Below, in pieces: positions 13,775 to 26,844 of a stretch of 64,000 nt of DNA (position 1 is its first letter; every line of letters starts with the position of its first letter). This DNA is from Octopus vulgaris. Taxonomy: Eukaryota. The notes beneath the pieces were generated by a model. That model was not told where the DNA came from. It saw nothing but the letters and a program-made list of their open reading frames with translations, and did no database searches. The stretch is taken from the NCBI GenBank assembly GCA_951406725.2, contig OX597821.1:115444001-115508000 (forward strand). The letters run 5' to 3'. The position numbers and the translations under genes are program-made.

Positions 13775-14869
13775 ATATACGCACACACACACACACACAC
13801 ACAGAGGATTGCCTAACACAATATTTGAGAGCAACCTATTTAGAACGAAAAGCAGAAATGCATAGCTTTTACAAATAATTCATTGTTTATGTTCAGTAGC
13901 TGTTTCAGTAGAAAACATCATTTATATAATTGCATTATTAACATACATAATTAGTTAATTAAAAGTAATGTGTTACCTATATCATCAGGAGAAAAGAATA
14001 AAAAATTTTTTTGTTTTTCATTCTTTTCTCCTGATGATGTTGATAACACACACTTTTATATTAGTTATGTATGCAAATTTCATAATTATATAAATCAGTG
14101 GTCCCTAAACTTTATTGGAGTATTGACTCCTTGGTACCCAAGTCACATTTCTAGTGTGTGTGTGTGTGTGTGTGTGTCCCGCTGCCAACATAGACCTCTT
14201 TCTGTAGCAATTTCAAGACAACTGTATTTCACAAATAAAACTTAACCTTATTAAGCCCATTATTTGTTTATACAAGATGAAAGAGTAAATTAGCATTTCA
14301 CTTGTAACTATGTTGTTTTCATATTTTCAATGCAATGGATGTACATTGTGCATCTGGCTGAAAGGTTCTAAGAAGTAGTTTTAGATCCTAGCTTTCAATA
14401 ATTTTCAGCCTGTTTTGTTTGTTGAGAAAGAATCTGGGCAGCTGCATTGAAGCCCTGATCTACAAAATATGATGTTGGGAAGGCAGTGACGTACATCTTT
14501 ACTTTGTTCCACAGTGTAAGGTAGCAGTCTGAAATGTCCTTTTGCAATCAGAAATCCTGACATGCTTTTTTGAACTCTTCTCACATAAAGCCTCTTAATT
14601 TTCTCTGATGCACTGTCTTACAGTCTGGAATTCCTCATGCTTTTCATCCTCACATTGTTAGCAAATCCCTTTCCTACTTCTTCCTTTTACTATGTAGACC
14701 TGACAACTAGCTTCTTTCTTAACCTGGTACAATTTCCTACTGCCTCTCTTTTTCCAGTCCTTCCAAGCTTGTCTTTTCATTTTATACCTCTTTCATCCTC
14801 ACTGTTCCACCTCAGTAGGTTGTTCTCTAAGAAGTTTGTTATACATCTCTGTCTTCTTTCTTGTCAAAC

Positions 14870-15600
14870 CTTTAACTAAAGCCTCTCTAAATTTTTGATT
14901 GTTTGCTGAATCTCTAGGCTTTCATATCTACCTTTTCCAGATTGGTCTATGTCTCTGGGTCCTTGTAGCTGTAAGTCTGAAGTTACCAACTAATGTTGGG
15001 TAGTACATTCTTCACCAGGGGAAGTTTTTGCATTCACAAGATCTGTCTATCCTGTTTTCTGTTGAGAATATAGTCAGTCTGTCTTGTGTGCCAAACAGAT
15101 TGATTGGTGATCCAGGTAGCTGTCAGATTTTGTGAAGTTAGTGTTACTGATCATCAAGTCAGTTGCATTACAGAACTCCATCAGCTTTGTTCCTTCCTCA
15201 TTTCTAGAACCAAAGCTGTAACCTCTATGTATACCCTGGAATCCTTTGGAATGCTGCTGGATCTCCATTGAAGTCACCAGCCATGATAATAAGTTCATTG
15301 TCATTTGTCATTGAGGTAATCTGCAAAATGAGCTCATGAAATTGTCCTGTTTGTCTGTCAACTTAGGCAGAAATTGTTGTTTATCCAAAACTAGTTTCAT
15401 TTCAGTTATTCTATCACACTCTGACTGCCTCAATTAATTTATCTACTCATTTCTCAGCCAAAAGTATGCCTAGGCTGTCCACTCCATCACTACTGTCTAC
15501 CTAGTAGAATTTGTGCCTTTGTTCTTTGTCTGTGCGGAGTCTTGTGGAGGTCCTCTGCCATCTTACCTCTTGCACACAGCACATGTCTACGGGCCAAAAT
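14870..15600 (-). mobile_element. LINE apurinic-endonuclease region remnant
   Basis: GFQGIHRGYSFGSRNEEGTKLMEFCNATDLMISNTNFTK is typical of RTE-type APE domains. Confidence 0.7.
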
Positions 15601-16161
15601 GGATTGTAGCAGCTCTAAAGTTGTGGAGTTGGCAGGAAGAGTGGAAGGGTAGTTGGGAACTACTATCAGCAATTTAAAGGAAGATTTGTGTGAACACTTT
15701 CAAGCTGGCAGAAGGCTCTTGCAAATGCCTGCAAGAAGAAGGGAAAGGAAGAGAAGAAGAATGGGGAAAATGAGGGAGTTGGAGGAGGGGTTTCTGGTTT
15801 GTTAGGAGAGAAGATGCACAGCAAACAATGACCAAGAATGTCTGTATAACTCCCCCCCACAAATATGTTTCATATCTATATATGTAATATAATACATGCA
15901 CATACATACATACATTTATGCTCCACACATACATGTGCATATAAGTGTGGGATGGCAGAAAGAAGTAGACCCATACATCATATGTAGAGGAAAAGATCAT
16001 GAGTTGCTAGGGGAACAAATTGTATATCTTCATTAAAGATGGTGGTAAGAGTTGGGTAGGTGTTGGGAAAGTGGGTGAAAAGTGCAGACACATATGCTGT
16101 ATTCTCTACCTGAAATTTCTAATGACTGGAAAAAGTGCTCTAATGAAATAAAATTATTATT

Positions 16162-16483
16162 AAAAAGCACCAACTGATCGTGGCTGTTGCCAGCCTACCC
16201 TGGCACCTGTGCAGGTGGCATGTAAAAAGCACCATCCGTACGTGGCCAATGCCAGCGCTGCCTTGACTGGCTTCCGTGTAGGTGGCACGTAAAAACCACC
16301 AACCGATCGTGGCCGTTGCCAGCCTCCCCTGGCACGTAATAGGCACCCACTACACTCACGGAGTGGTTGGCGTTAGGAAGGGCATCCAGCTGTAGAAACA
16401 CTGCCAGATCAGACTGGAGCCTGGTCGAACCGTCCAACCCATGCTAGCATGGAAAACAGACGTTAAACGATGATGATGATGAT
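16162..16483 (+). mobile_element. SINE-like repeat, subfamily A, with tandem internal subunits
   Basis: Repeated gtggcacgtaaaaagcacc units; (GAT)n tail. Confidence 0.8.
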
Positions 16484-16562
16484 TATTGTGATATTACCTT
16501 GGTGTATGATTTACAGCAGATAGGATATTTAATTGTCATGAATGATGTGAGTTTTCTCTTTA

Positions 16563-16775
16563 AGGTGGTGAGCTGTCAAAATTCTTAACATTCCAGACAA
16601 AATGCTTAGCAGCAGTTTGTTCATCTGGACATTCTAAGTTCAAATTCCATTAAGGTCAACTTTGCCTTTCATCTTTTTGGAGTCAATAAAATAAATACCA
16701 GTCAGATACTGGGGTTGATGTAATTGACTTCCTCCTCCCCTCAAAAACCATGGCCTTGTCAATATTTGAAACCAT
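16563..16775 (+). mobile_element. tRNA-derived SINE (Nin-domain-like family), diverged
   Basis: ggtggtgagctg...gttcaaattcc B-box-like motif, then ctttgcctttcatc...ataaa...tacc. Confidence 0.6.
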
Positions 16776-19038
16776 TAGTATCATTATTATCTTCATTTTC
16801 CTGGTGTATCAGTTAAGCATGACGGTGAGGGTGGGAGTTTCAATGTTATCAACTAAACCCCTCTCCAGAATTTCAGGCCTCATGCCTTTAGTAGAAAGGA
16901 TTATTATTTCTATTACAACTTTATAATAATGATTTTAATATTTTCTTATGAATTGCAGAATATTTAATAAAGCTGATAGAAAGTATTATCATCTTTCATC
17001 ATCATCATTTAATGTCCATTTAAATACAATAATACTTTCCTTCAGCTTTATTAAATATTCTGTGATGTTAGATTCATCTCGGGTTTGTAAGAGAACATTT
17101 AAACCATTATTATGAAGTCATAATAAATATAATTAGTTTATACATTTGCAAACTGCATGACATTTGCTGTTTGGTGTGAGAAAGAGAGAGAAAATGCAAG
17201 AGAGTTGAATTTTAAGACATATTAACACAGGAAAATAGTTTGGACTTGGCTGAAATTGACAATGTTTCATGATAGATTGCTAGCACAAAAGTTGAACAGT
17301 AAGCAGTAAAATGCAACAGTATATGTATGTATGTATGTATGCTCCATACTGACACAGTTTGGATAGTTTGACAGGAACTGATGATTCTAAAGATTACATT
17401 GTGCTCTGATGTCTGTTCTGGCCCTTCTTAATGCCAACCAATTTACAGCTTCTGGGTCCTTTATTTTCATGGCACCAGCACTAGTGAGGTTGCCATATAG
17501 CCTGCAAGACTAAGATTCCCTTTGAGTGGGGCTACAATAAAGATGGAGATGGCTTTATGCTATTGAATGAGGGTTCAACGTGTGAAAGGAGCCAGAACAG
17601 AACTGGTTTCTTGTAGTTCTACCACAAGAAACCAAGAGAGAGGGTTGGTGTGGTTAGGTTGGAGCTAGAAAGATTTTATAAATAGTGGTGGTGAAGTGTC
17701 AGGGTGGACTTTCAAGATATAAGGTGAGCAGAAGTGAGTGGGGACAGAAGAACAGGAAGTGTGGGTGGGTAGGGATTACATGAATGAGAGATAGAGAAAG
17801 GGTGAGAGGGTGAATATAACAGATAACAAATGTTGAGGGATAAGTAGTGAATGTAGGGAAGAGTAGGTGACAACTGTAGAAATAAGATATGGTTGAGTGG
17901 TGGCCACTGATATATTTGAGTTAGTGGATAGGTAGAGGAGATATCTACTTTAGAGTGTGTAATTCATAATTCAAACGTAATTGCAGAGTTCTTGATGCAT
18001 AAAGTCTCTTATAGCTGTGCATATAGTGCGTAGGTCATTGAGCAAAGATTTCCATTTAACCCAACTATTCTGTCATGCTTTTACATGTACAAAAAAAAAA
18101 AATATAGGCAGTTTTCTATTGATGCTGCCTATATTGCCAGTCAGTTGGGAGTTCTGATTTAAAAACCCTGGTTTGTTTGTCTGTTCTGAGCATAGATCAT
18201 AGAAACTCCTTGCAATATCTATGTTTGCAGGGCTAAGCCGTAAACACAAAAGTGGTGCAATCTATCTAATGGTGCAGTATATAATGTTGTAATATATATT
18301 TATTGTATCTGAAAAATATACCCACATTGGATTGTATTGATCTAATATCCTCAAAATATAGCAAAAGCTTGCTTGTAATAATTAATAATAATATTGAGAA
18401 AATAAAGTTGGTATTGTTGCAGTGAAACACTCTTTTATGATTTTCATTTCGATAAAAATTTATACAATGTCAACAATTTGTTTCTCATGAAAATGGAATG
18501 ATTTAAAATGTGTTTTTTTTATTATCTTAAAATTGAAACTGCTGTTTCATTTTAAGATTCTGATTACTTTAAATTTAAAAACAAAAAAAATGAAGACCTT
18601 GAATGTTTGCTTTATAAGAGACCATTTAAGTAAAATAATGCATAATACAAAAAAAGTTAGATGTATTTTTTAAAAATCCATCCTTAAACTATAAATGCTT
18701 TGTCCTCCTGTGACATTATAGTGTGTGCTTCACTGAAAAAAACTGAATAGTAAAATTGAGTAAAAACGTATTTAAGCACTCTCACCTATCAAAATCAAAT
18801 TGATTAAAAAAAAAACATGATTGTGTGATTTCCACTGTATTGACTTTACAAATGTTACACTTTTAAGGCCTAAAACTGTAAAGTGCAAAGGTCACTTTGG
18901 AATTAACATTTTCTCCCATTTAAGAAGTATGAATTTTTCCAAAGTATTTTATACAGTAATTATAATAAATCTGACTAAACATTCCTTTTTCTATACATTG
19001 AAATACTATAGAAAGTCAGTGTGTATTGTAGTCTAGAA

Positions 19039-19241
19039 CAGTGTTCTCTCTAAGCTGTGTGCTTATGTGAATGCTCACATTTTATAGCTGGGAAAGGAGG
19101 AAAATATACACAAGGTAAGGTGAAATTGAACGTTTTTAAATTAAAAGATTTGAGTGGTTTTTACGCACATAGATGTGCAGAAATTAGCATTGTGTACAAA
19201 TTTTGGCACAAACCTACAGCAGTAAATTAGGGGAAACATTG
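19039..19241. mobile_element. Possible hAT-type MITE
   Basis: Imperfect TIRs cagtgttctctctaa / ttaggggaaacattg; flanking 8-mers gtctagaa / ctctaaaa. Confidence 0.4.
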
Positions 19242-19416
19242 CTCTAAAACTAAACTGTTTCATTTCCCAATATTTTATTGTCCATTATTATTGGTGTGTT
19301 GTATACACGAGTGCATATTACAAATAAATATGGTATTCTCTTAAGTTTTCAATCAGTTCTTATGTTACTGGCTATATTACTACTATTATTGTATTAACCA
19401 AAGTTAGGTTAATACA

Positions 19417-20586
19417 TTGTTTGGCATCTTCTTCTCGCTCTTACTTTCACATGCCTTTCAGACATCAGATGATGGAGTGTTTCTGCACAGTAGAAGTGAC
19501 GGGAAACTGTTCAATCTCTCGCGCCTGCGTGCCAAGACCAAAATCAGAAACGTCCTGATCAAAGAGATGTTATTTGCTGATGATGCCGCTCTGGTAACAC
19601 ACACAGAAGAAGCCCTCCAAAGGCTCATTAACTGTTTTGAGCAAGCATGTAACGACTTTGGCTTAGCTATCAGCCTTAAGAAGACCAAAATCATGGGCCA
19701 GGCTACATCGGACATCCCAAACATACATATTGGAGACCACAGATTACAAGAGGTGGAGAAGTTTACCTATCTGGGCTCTACCATCACCTACAACCTATCC
19801 CTTGACACTGAGCTCAATATACGCATTGGCAAGGCAGCTGCTGCGATGGCCCAACTCTCCAAATGGGCTTGGGACAACAATAAGCTGACCAAGACCATGA
19901 AAATGAAGATCTACCAGGCATTTGCACTCAGCACTCTACTGTATGGAAGCGAGACCTGGACGCTATACACACGCCAAGAGCGTCGCCTAAACATCTTTCA
20001 CCTGCGCTGCCTCCGAAAAATCCTCCGCATCAAATGGCAGAATCATATCCCCAACAAAGATGTCCTCAGGCAAGCAGGAATACCAAGCATGTTTGCACTC
20101 CTCACACAAAGACGTATGAGATGGCTTGGGCATGTTAGCCGTATGAAAGATGGCAGAATCCCCAAGGACATACTCTACGGAGAGCTTGCTAGGGGTACTA
20201 GGTCTGTGGGTAGACCGATCTTACGTTACAAGGATGTTTGCAAAAGGGATATGAAGGCCTGCAACATCAATATTAGCGGTTGGGAGGCAGTTGCCGGCAA
20301 CCGTGGAGAATGGCGACGTACAGTAAAAGAAGGAATACAAAAGAGTGACAGAGAGGGAGAGGAGAAATGGAAAGAAAGGAAGAGACATAAACAAGAGACC
20401 ATGGCACTACAACCAGCCAGGAACAGTCTTCGCTACATTTGCAGTACCTGCCAGAAGGAGTGTTTGTCCAGGATAGGACTACACAGCCACAGCAGGAAAT
20501 GTATCAGGACATGAAATATAAAAGCCGGACTAGACTACTTCATGTGCAACTCCATTGTCTCCCGAGACAGAAAGGATGCCAATACA
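19417..20586 (+). mobile_element. Young 5'-truncated RTE-clade LINE (RT C-terminal half plus 3' UTR)
   Basis: Uninterrupted 365-codon ORF with LFADDAAL, FTYLGS, LLYGSETW, RWLGHV and a C-terminal CxxC..H motif. 14-bp TSD attgtattaaccaa at 19388-19401 and 20587-20600. Confidence 0.92.
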
Positions 20587-20878
20587 ATTGTATTAACCAA
20601 TGATTATGATGTTACTGGAAGAAGTTTGGATGCAATTGTAATTTTTATTGATAAATATTTTCATAATTATTTATCAATAAAAATTACAATTGCAACTTAT
20701 TAGAATGCTCATTATTGAAAGCTTATTCCTGTTATCAGAGGAGTTTTCAATAAAGATAAATCTTCTACTGACTTTGAGTGTGTGTTTCTGTATAAATATC
20801 TATGTGTCTGTCTGTATCAGCTCATATTCCAATTTTACTTGAATTTGGTGCAATAATTCTTACTTTTCTATTTTCTAG

Positions 20879-20988
20879 GGTGGTGTCATGTTGTTTGTGC
20901 ACTATTTATTCCTGAAGCATGGTTTGCTAATGTACAAACTATGGAACCAATTGTATTAAAGAATGTACCCCAAGAAAGGTTCAATAAG
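20879..20988 (+). CDS. MLLT10: AF10/MLLT10 coding exon (PZP domain)
   Basis: ttctag|GG TGG...AAG|gttag. Encodes (G)WCHVVCALFIPEAWFANVQTMEPIVLKNVPQERFNK, close to AF10 WAHVVCALYIPEVQFANV-MEPIVL. Frame is continuous with the previous exon. Confidence 0.95.
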
Positions 20989-21493
20989 GTTAGAGACAAA
21001 GTAATAACTGTGTTTTTTATTCTCTTTACAACTCAATATTTTGTAATTTTTCCAATTTATTCTCATTTGAATTTTGTTTTAAATGCTTTTGTTTAAATTT
21101 TGGACATCATAAAATGTTTTTGTAAATTGTTTTAGCTATTTGGTTAAAACAAGGTATGTTGGTATTGAGCTTTTTTGCTTTAATTCCACATCAACATTGA
21201 CAATGTGATAATTTATCTTTACCTTCAATTCATGAAAGAATCATCCTCATGTCATTATTGAAGATGGGATTGTGTGACAACAAACACAATTTTAATGAAG
21301 TAGTGTAGAGATATAGGTGCGAGTATGGTTGTGTCATTGAGAATTTTGCTTTGCAGTTAAATGTTTCTCGGTTCAAGGCACATTAGGCAAGTTTCTTCTA
21401 ATATAGCTTTGGATTGACTAATACTTTGAGAATGGAGTTTGGTGGATGGAAACTGTTTAGAAGGCTGTCATATGTTTGTGTATGATGTATGTA

Positions 21494-21725
21494 TCATCAT
21501 TATCGTTTAATGTCTGCTTTCCATGCTAGCATGGGTTGGACGGTTCGACCGGGATCTGGGGAGCCAGGAGGTTGCACCAGGCCCGGTCTGATCTGGCAGT
21601 GTTTCTACAGCTGGATGCCCTTCCTAACACCAACCACTCCGTGAGTGTAGTGGGTGTTTTTTACGCCCACGATCAGTTGGTGCTTTTTACGTGCCACCAG
21701 AATGGAGGCCAGTCTGTATGCTGGC
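21494..21725 (-). mobile_element. SINE-like repeat, subfamily A
   Basis: Diagnostic sequence as above. Confidence 0.75.
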
Positions 21726-23483
21726 ATTTATGTGCTTGACAACATTGGTAGATAAAGATAACCAATATTGTTTCAGAATGGCAACTTAGTCAATCAATAA
21801 AATGGTTCCAGACAGAAATATATACTGGGATTGCTGTGATTAATTAAAATAAAAGGTGGTGCCTTATCATGGCTACATACAGTCCAGTGACTAAAATCAA
21901 AGAAATAATAGAATAATATATAAAACTCAGATGAAGTTAAGGTCCACTGATTTCATTACATTTGAATAAATAAATACTTGCAAGAAAAAAAATTTTTTTC
22001 TCGTTTCGTTTTCTTAGTGAACTCCTTTACCATAAGTTTATTTTGTAAGTTGGTGGTAGAGGGTATTTGGAGAAGAAGTTCATCAAATAGGACATGAGAG
22101 AAATTAATTAGTTTGATGAAGCCTTATTGTTTAACATCTACTTTCCATGTTGGCATGGGTTGAGTGGGTTGTTATGATCTGAATTAGTTCTTAATTGGTG
22201 TCATTGCCCTCATAGATGATTCAGGGGTACACATCTCATAGTATATTTCAATTTCTACAGTTCAATGTTCTTCCTACATTAACTATTTTACAATGGACAG
22301 GGGTACATTTTATCATGGCAGCTGTATTATAGAGCTTGTGGTGTCCTTAACAAAACAAGAATAAAGGCTTCTCTAAACCCTACAGCCACTGGGCTTGTTC
22401 CACAACTACTTTACAGAATGTATTTGGTGCATCTCATGGCACCAACATTAGTGAAGTTGCCTTTTATTTTCGCAATACAAAATGGTCCTCACTACTTTGT
22501 CTTGTTTTTCAAGGTGAGTAGGAAAGTAATTGCAGAAGATGAAGAAAGTGACCAGAATATGAAAGGGGAAACAGCATGGCTGGAGTGACAATATGGTAAA
22601 GGAGAGAGATGGGAGAGACAGTATTGACTGTGAATAAAGAGAGGGAAAGATGTGAATAGTTGTGGGTTGAAATTGAGGGAATATGATGGTTAATAATGAG
22701 CTGGGGAGGGGGGAGTGCTTGGGAATGGCAGCTAAAAGTGTAGGAGGATAATATTCATTAGTGAAAGAGATTGTGAGTGATAGGTAGTTAAGATAGCTAT
22801 GGAAGGGAATGTCAAATGATGTCAATGATGTGTGCATGCACACACACACACACACATGTCTATGTGAATGTTTACATTTGTACTTCTTCAAAAAAAAATC
22901 ACTAAGCTACATGTGGTGATCCTACTCTCATTTCCTTGTCAACAAATCATCTGTTAATTATGAGTCTTGGAAGCTGTGTTGAATTTCTTGAAAATCAGGT
23001 TGGGGTTAGCAACAAGAAGTACATCAGGCTGTAAAACAAGGCCTCAGTAATATATGTAACCCATGCTAGCATAAAGAAAAATGGACATAAAAATGAATGA
23101 GGTTCATGATTACTAGCAATTGTTCATATTTTCGTACCTGTTCATGTTAGCTTGAGAAAACAGGGAAAGAAAAAAGTAAAAGGCTCATGTCTATACAATG
23201 GTGTACACTGTAATATTTGACTACATTCTGCTTGTTTTGTCTGTTTTCAATTATTTTCAATTTTTTACTCTAAAATCATATTTGATCAAATTTAATTTTT
23301 CTTTTAAGTAATAAAAATTTCTGTAACCTTTTCTACTAAATATATTTACTGAAAATTTAATAAAGGTTATAAAATTATGTGTTGTTGTTTTCAAATGAGT
23401 GAGTATAATTGGATAATTAAGTATGTGATATAATTTAAAAGTAAAATATTGATTTTCTGAATATTTATATATTTGTCATTCAG

Positions 23484-23587
23484 GTGTGTTATATTTGTGA
23501 AGAACAAAGTCGTGAAAGTAAAGCTGCTACAGGGGCTTGTATGCAATGCAACAAAAATGGATGTAAACAAAATTTCCATGTCACCTG
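23484..23587 (+). CDS. MLLT10: AF10/MLLT10 coding exon (PHD2)
   Basis: attcag|GTG...TG|gtaag. Encodes VCYICEEQSRESKAATGACMQCNKNGCKQNFHVT(C). Confidence 0.95.
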
Positions 23588-23772
23588 GTAAGGTTGTGAA
23601 AGTCCATACTGTTTCTCTTTTAACTTGAAACGGTTCCATTACAGCCTAAATTGCAATACATACAATTGAAATAGTCTTGAATTAAAATAAGAATTTTGTA
23701 ACTTGATTAGTTTTCACTAACCAAAATTTTGTTTTTGATTGATTTCTATCTGAATAATTACATTTCTTTCAG

Positions 23773-23866
23773 TGCTCAAGCACAAGGTCTTTTATGTGAA
23801 GAAGCTGGAAATTATGGTGACAATGTTAAATATTGTGGATACTGTATGTATCATTATAAAAAATTG
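23773..23866 (+). CDS. MLLT10: AF10/MLLT10 coding exon (end of PHD2)
   Basis: tttcag|T GCT...TTG|gtgagt. Encodes AQAQGLLCEEAGNYGDNVKYCGYCMYHYKKL. Confidence 0.95.
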
Positions 23867-26227
23867 GTGAGTCATCTTATTTTTTATGAACATATCCAAT
23901 ATTTCTTTGAAGATTTTGTTCTATTTTTGAATGTTCAATTACTTGCTTCCTCAAATAGAAGGTTGGTTTTATCATATTTGATTTGAATAAAAATGAAGGT
24001 GGTAGCAAAGTTATTCTTAAACATTGTTTAACCCTTTTGTTACCATATTTCTGTTGAACTACATTGCATTTGTTTCAATTAATTTTGAAAATAAAGAATT
24101 TGGTAAAATGTCTTGGCCATTACTAAGCTTGTAATTGGAAGATAAATTAATAAGGAATTTTAGTGCGAAATTTTAATTTAGATCACTTTATATAAAAAGT
24201 TCATATAGAAGCAAGAGCAGCCTTGGGCTGGTAGGTATCAAAGGGGTTAATAATCATATTAAGATGTTTGAAACAATCTTGATACATACAAAAATACCTT
24301 GCAAATGAACGGAGTAAATAGCTTTATATGCATGTGATGGACTCTGTTGTTGTATTCAATGCAAAGGTACAGAAGAATTTTCCTTTCTCAGGATGATCTT
24401 GTAAAATGTAGAGTAATCAAATCTCTTGGGCAGCCCACTGAGTTACTTGTTTAAAGTGGTAACAGCTTGTATGGGACCATTCACACTTTTGGTACTGCTG
24501 ACACCGACAGTTGGTGCAAGTATGACATGAGACTGATGAACAGCAGACCTCACTCGGATAGTTGTTGACTCTTGTGAGTTCCTCTGCCCTTTGATGGGTC
24601 ATGTTTTTTACCCAACAGGGTGTCCCGTAACTATCCTCTTTAGCAAGTTTGCTTGGTGAGGTTGCCAGTTTAGTCAACAAGCCAACCATGTGACAGGCTG
24701 TATTAGGTTCTATGCATGTATATGTACATATTTGGTTTGAAATATTAATTATATACAATTATACTTGAAATTAGTGTACTTTTGTATTTTCTAAAAATTC
24801 TTTTATAATTTATTTAAAAAAGTTATAAAGATCTTTTGTTAGTTTTTAGCATTAATATTGCTTTTTCCAAAATCTTGTATTACCCTCTGCTCAGAACTGC
24901 TACAAAATTAGTTTCACTGTCATAAGAAGTTTAATTCCTGTTTTTTCATATTGGCATTGTATTGGACAGGTCTGCATATTGCCTTATGTGAGGTTCTACA
25001 TTCTGAGAACAAACTTCATTATTTCCTTAGTGTTCCTTTTTTTATAGTTATTTTCTGCTATTACTGTATAGTATTTTTTCTCTCAGCACTCCTCATTCAT
25101 TCACATCTGATTTTGGAGTAGAAAATACATGTTATACATTTTTAGCTCTCCATATACAAACAAAGCTGAAGTCAGACAATAGCAGAAAAATGGTTAATCC
25201 ACAATGATGGGAAACTCTATATGCCCAATGTGTCAGTTTTCCCTCATTTTTATCCTGTGATATATTTAATGCTATATTTGGTTATTTGCAGCTAGAGAAA
25301 GAAAGTATCATTAATTAGTGTCTGTCATCATCATCATCATCATCATCATCATGTGTGTGTACACACATAAAAAATAAAATCATCATTTAATATTTATTTT
25401 CTGTGCTAGCCTAAGTTAGATGAATCAATAGGGTTCTATGAGCCAGAGGCCTGCTCTGTGCTCTGGTGCCAGACTAATTCATATTGCATTGTCTAACACT
25501 TCACTCTATAGTGGTTAGATATCAGGCAATCTGTGAAGTTGGCCAGACATGCATTAAGTGGATTTCAGATATAAACATTTAGGGGATTAAGAGATTCCAC
25601 ACGAAACCCCAACAAACTCTAAATATTGAATTATCTTTTTCTAAAATATTTGAAGTTTCTAATTTTTATATTTATACCACTCCTGCCATAGATAGGATAT
25701 TAACAGTTTGTTAGGTGAATTTAATGTTTCGTTCAAATCAGTTTTATAAATTTATGAAACTAATACTGGAGAATATGTCAGAAATATGATGAAAGAGAAA
25801 GTTTATTCAGTATTTTTGCTATATGCAATGCTCTACTTTTTAGTTTCGGTAGAAGAATTTACCCTTCATCTTTATCACTAGTTAATCTCAGGATCTCAAG
25901 TTAATCTCTAATTGTACAAGATTACCTTTTTTTTTTAATAATTAGATTTAGAATTAACAAAAATGAAGTAGCAAACAAGTTGAAGCAGTTACTTGAATGT
26001 AAAATTAAAGTAAATAGAGAATCAATGACTGACAACCAATTTCTTGCAAATTGCAGCAATTTTTAACTAACAAACACCATCCATGTGTCCGTTATCCTCT
26101 TTCTGTATACATCATCATCATATTTAATTAATTTACAGCTATTATCTTTGGTTATGCATTTTTTTAACATGGTACATTTGTATAGATTGATGCTATATTT
26201 TTTTAGACTACTTTATCATCTTTTCAG

Positions 26228-26347
26228 AAGAAAGATGCCAACATCAAAACCATTCCAGCATTTAAACCAATTTCTTGTGAGACTAGCACACCAGAAACTA
26301 CACCAGAAAAGAATTTTCCTTCTCGGTTGGAACGAGAAAAGGCTAAG
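26228..26347 (+). CDS. MLLT10: AF10/MLLT10 coding exon (post-PZP)
   Basis: ttttcag|AAG...AAG|gtacat. Encodes KKDANIKTIPAFKPISCETSTPETTPEKNFPSRLEREKAK. 120 nt, phase 0-0, frame consistent with neighbours. Confidence 0.85.
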
Positions 26348-26844
26348 GTACATAACTTGCCATTGTTACTATTGAAAATTATTATTATTATTATTATTGT
26401 GCCTTCTTTTAATATTATACTATCTTCTAGAATAGCACCACTGTAATATATAAAATTAGGTCTGTGTTATGATTGCATTTAATAAAATTAACTATAGGTA
26501 GGATATTTAATTTCATATATAACAAGGAAATTATAAACCTATAGATTAATAATTATAGAAATAAATAATAAACCAGAAATGTAATTGAAAAATCTCAAAA
26601 AATAAATAAGAATACTCTTCTAAATTAGCAGAATAATAAGCTGGACTATAATACTAAGGAGTTCATAGGAACCCTTAAACTTGACGTATTAAGCCCAAAC
26701 CCAGCAATAAATACCTAACTGACTGAGGTCATCTCCAGGTCATGAGGAAATATAACCATTTATAGTAATACCAACACCTAAAAGATTCCTATTCAGTCAG
26801 TCTCATAGTTTTCTTCAGATGATCTTCGAACAGCAGCAAACAAT

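Noticed and set aside
19417-20514. 365-aa ORF as a host gene
   Set aside because: It is a 5'-truncated LINE RT bounded by a TSD, and the listed start codon is TTG at the truncation point.
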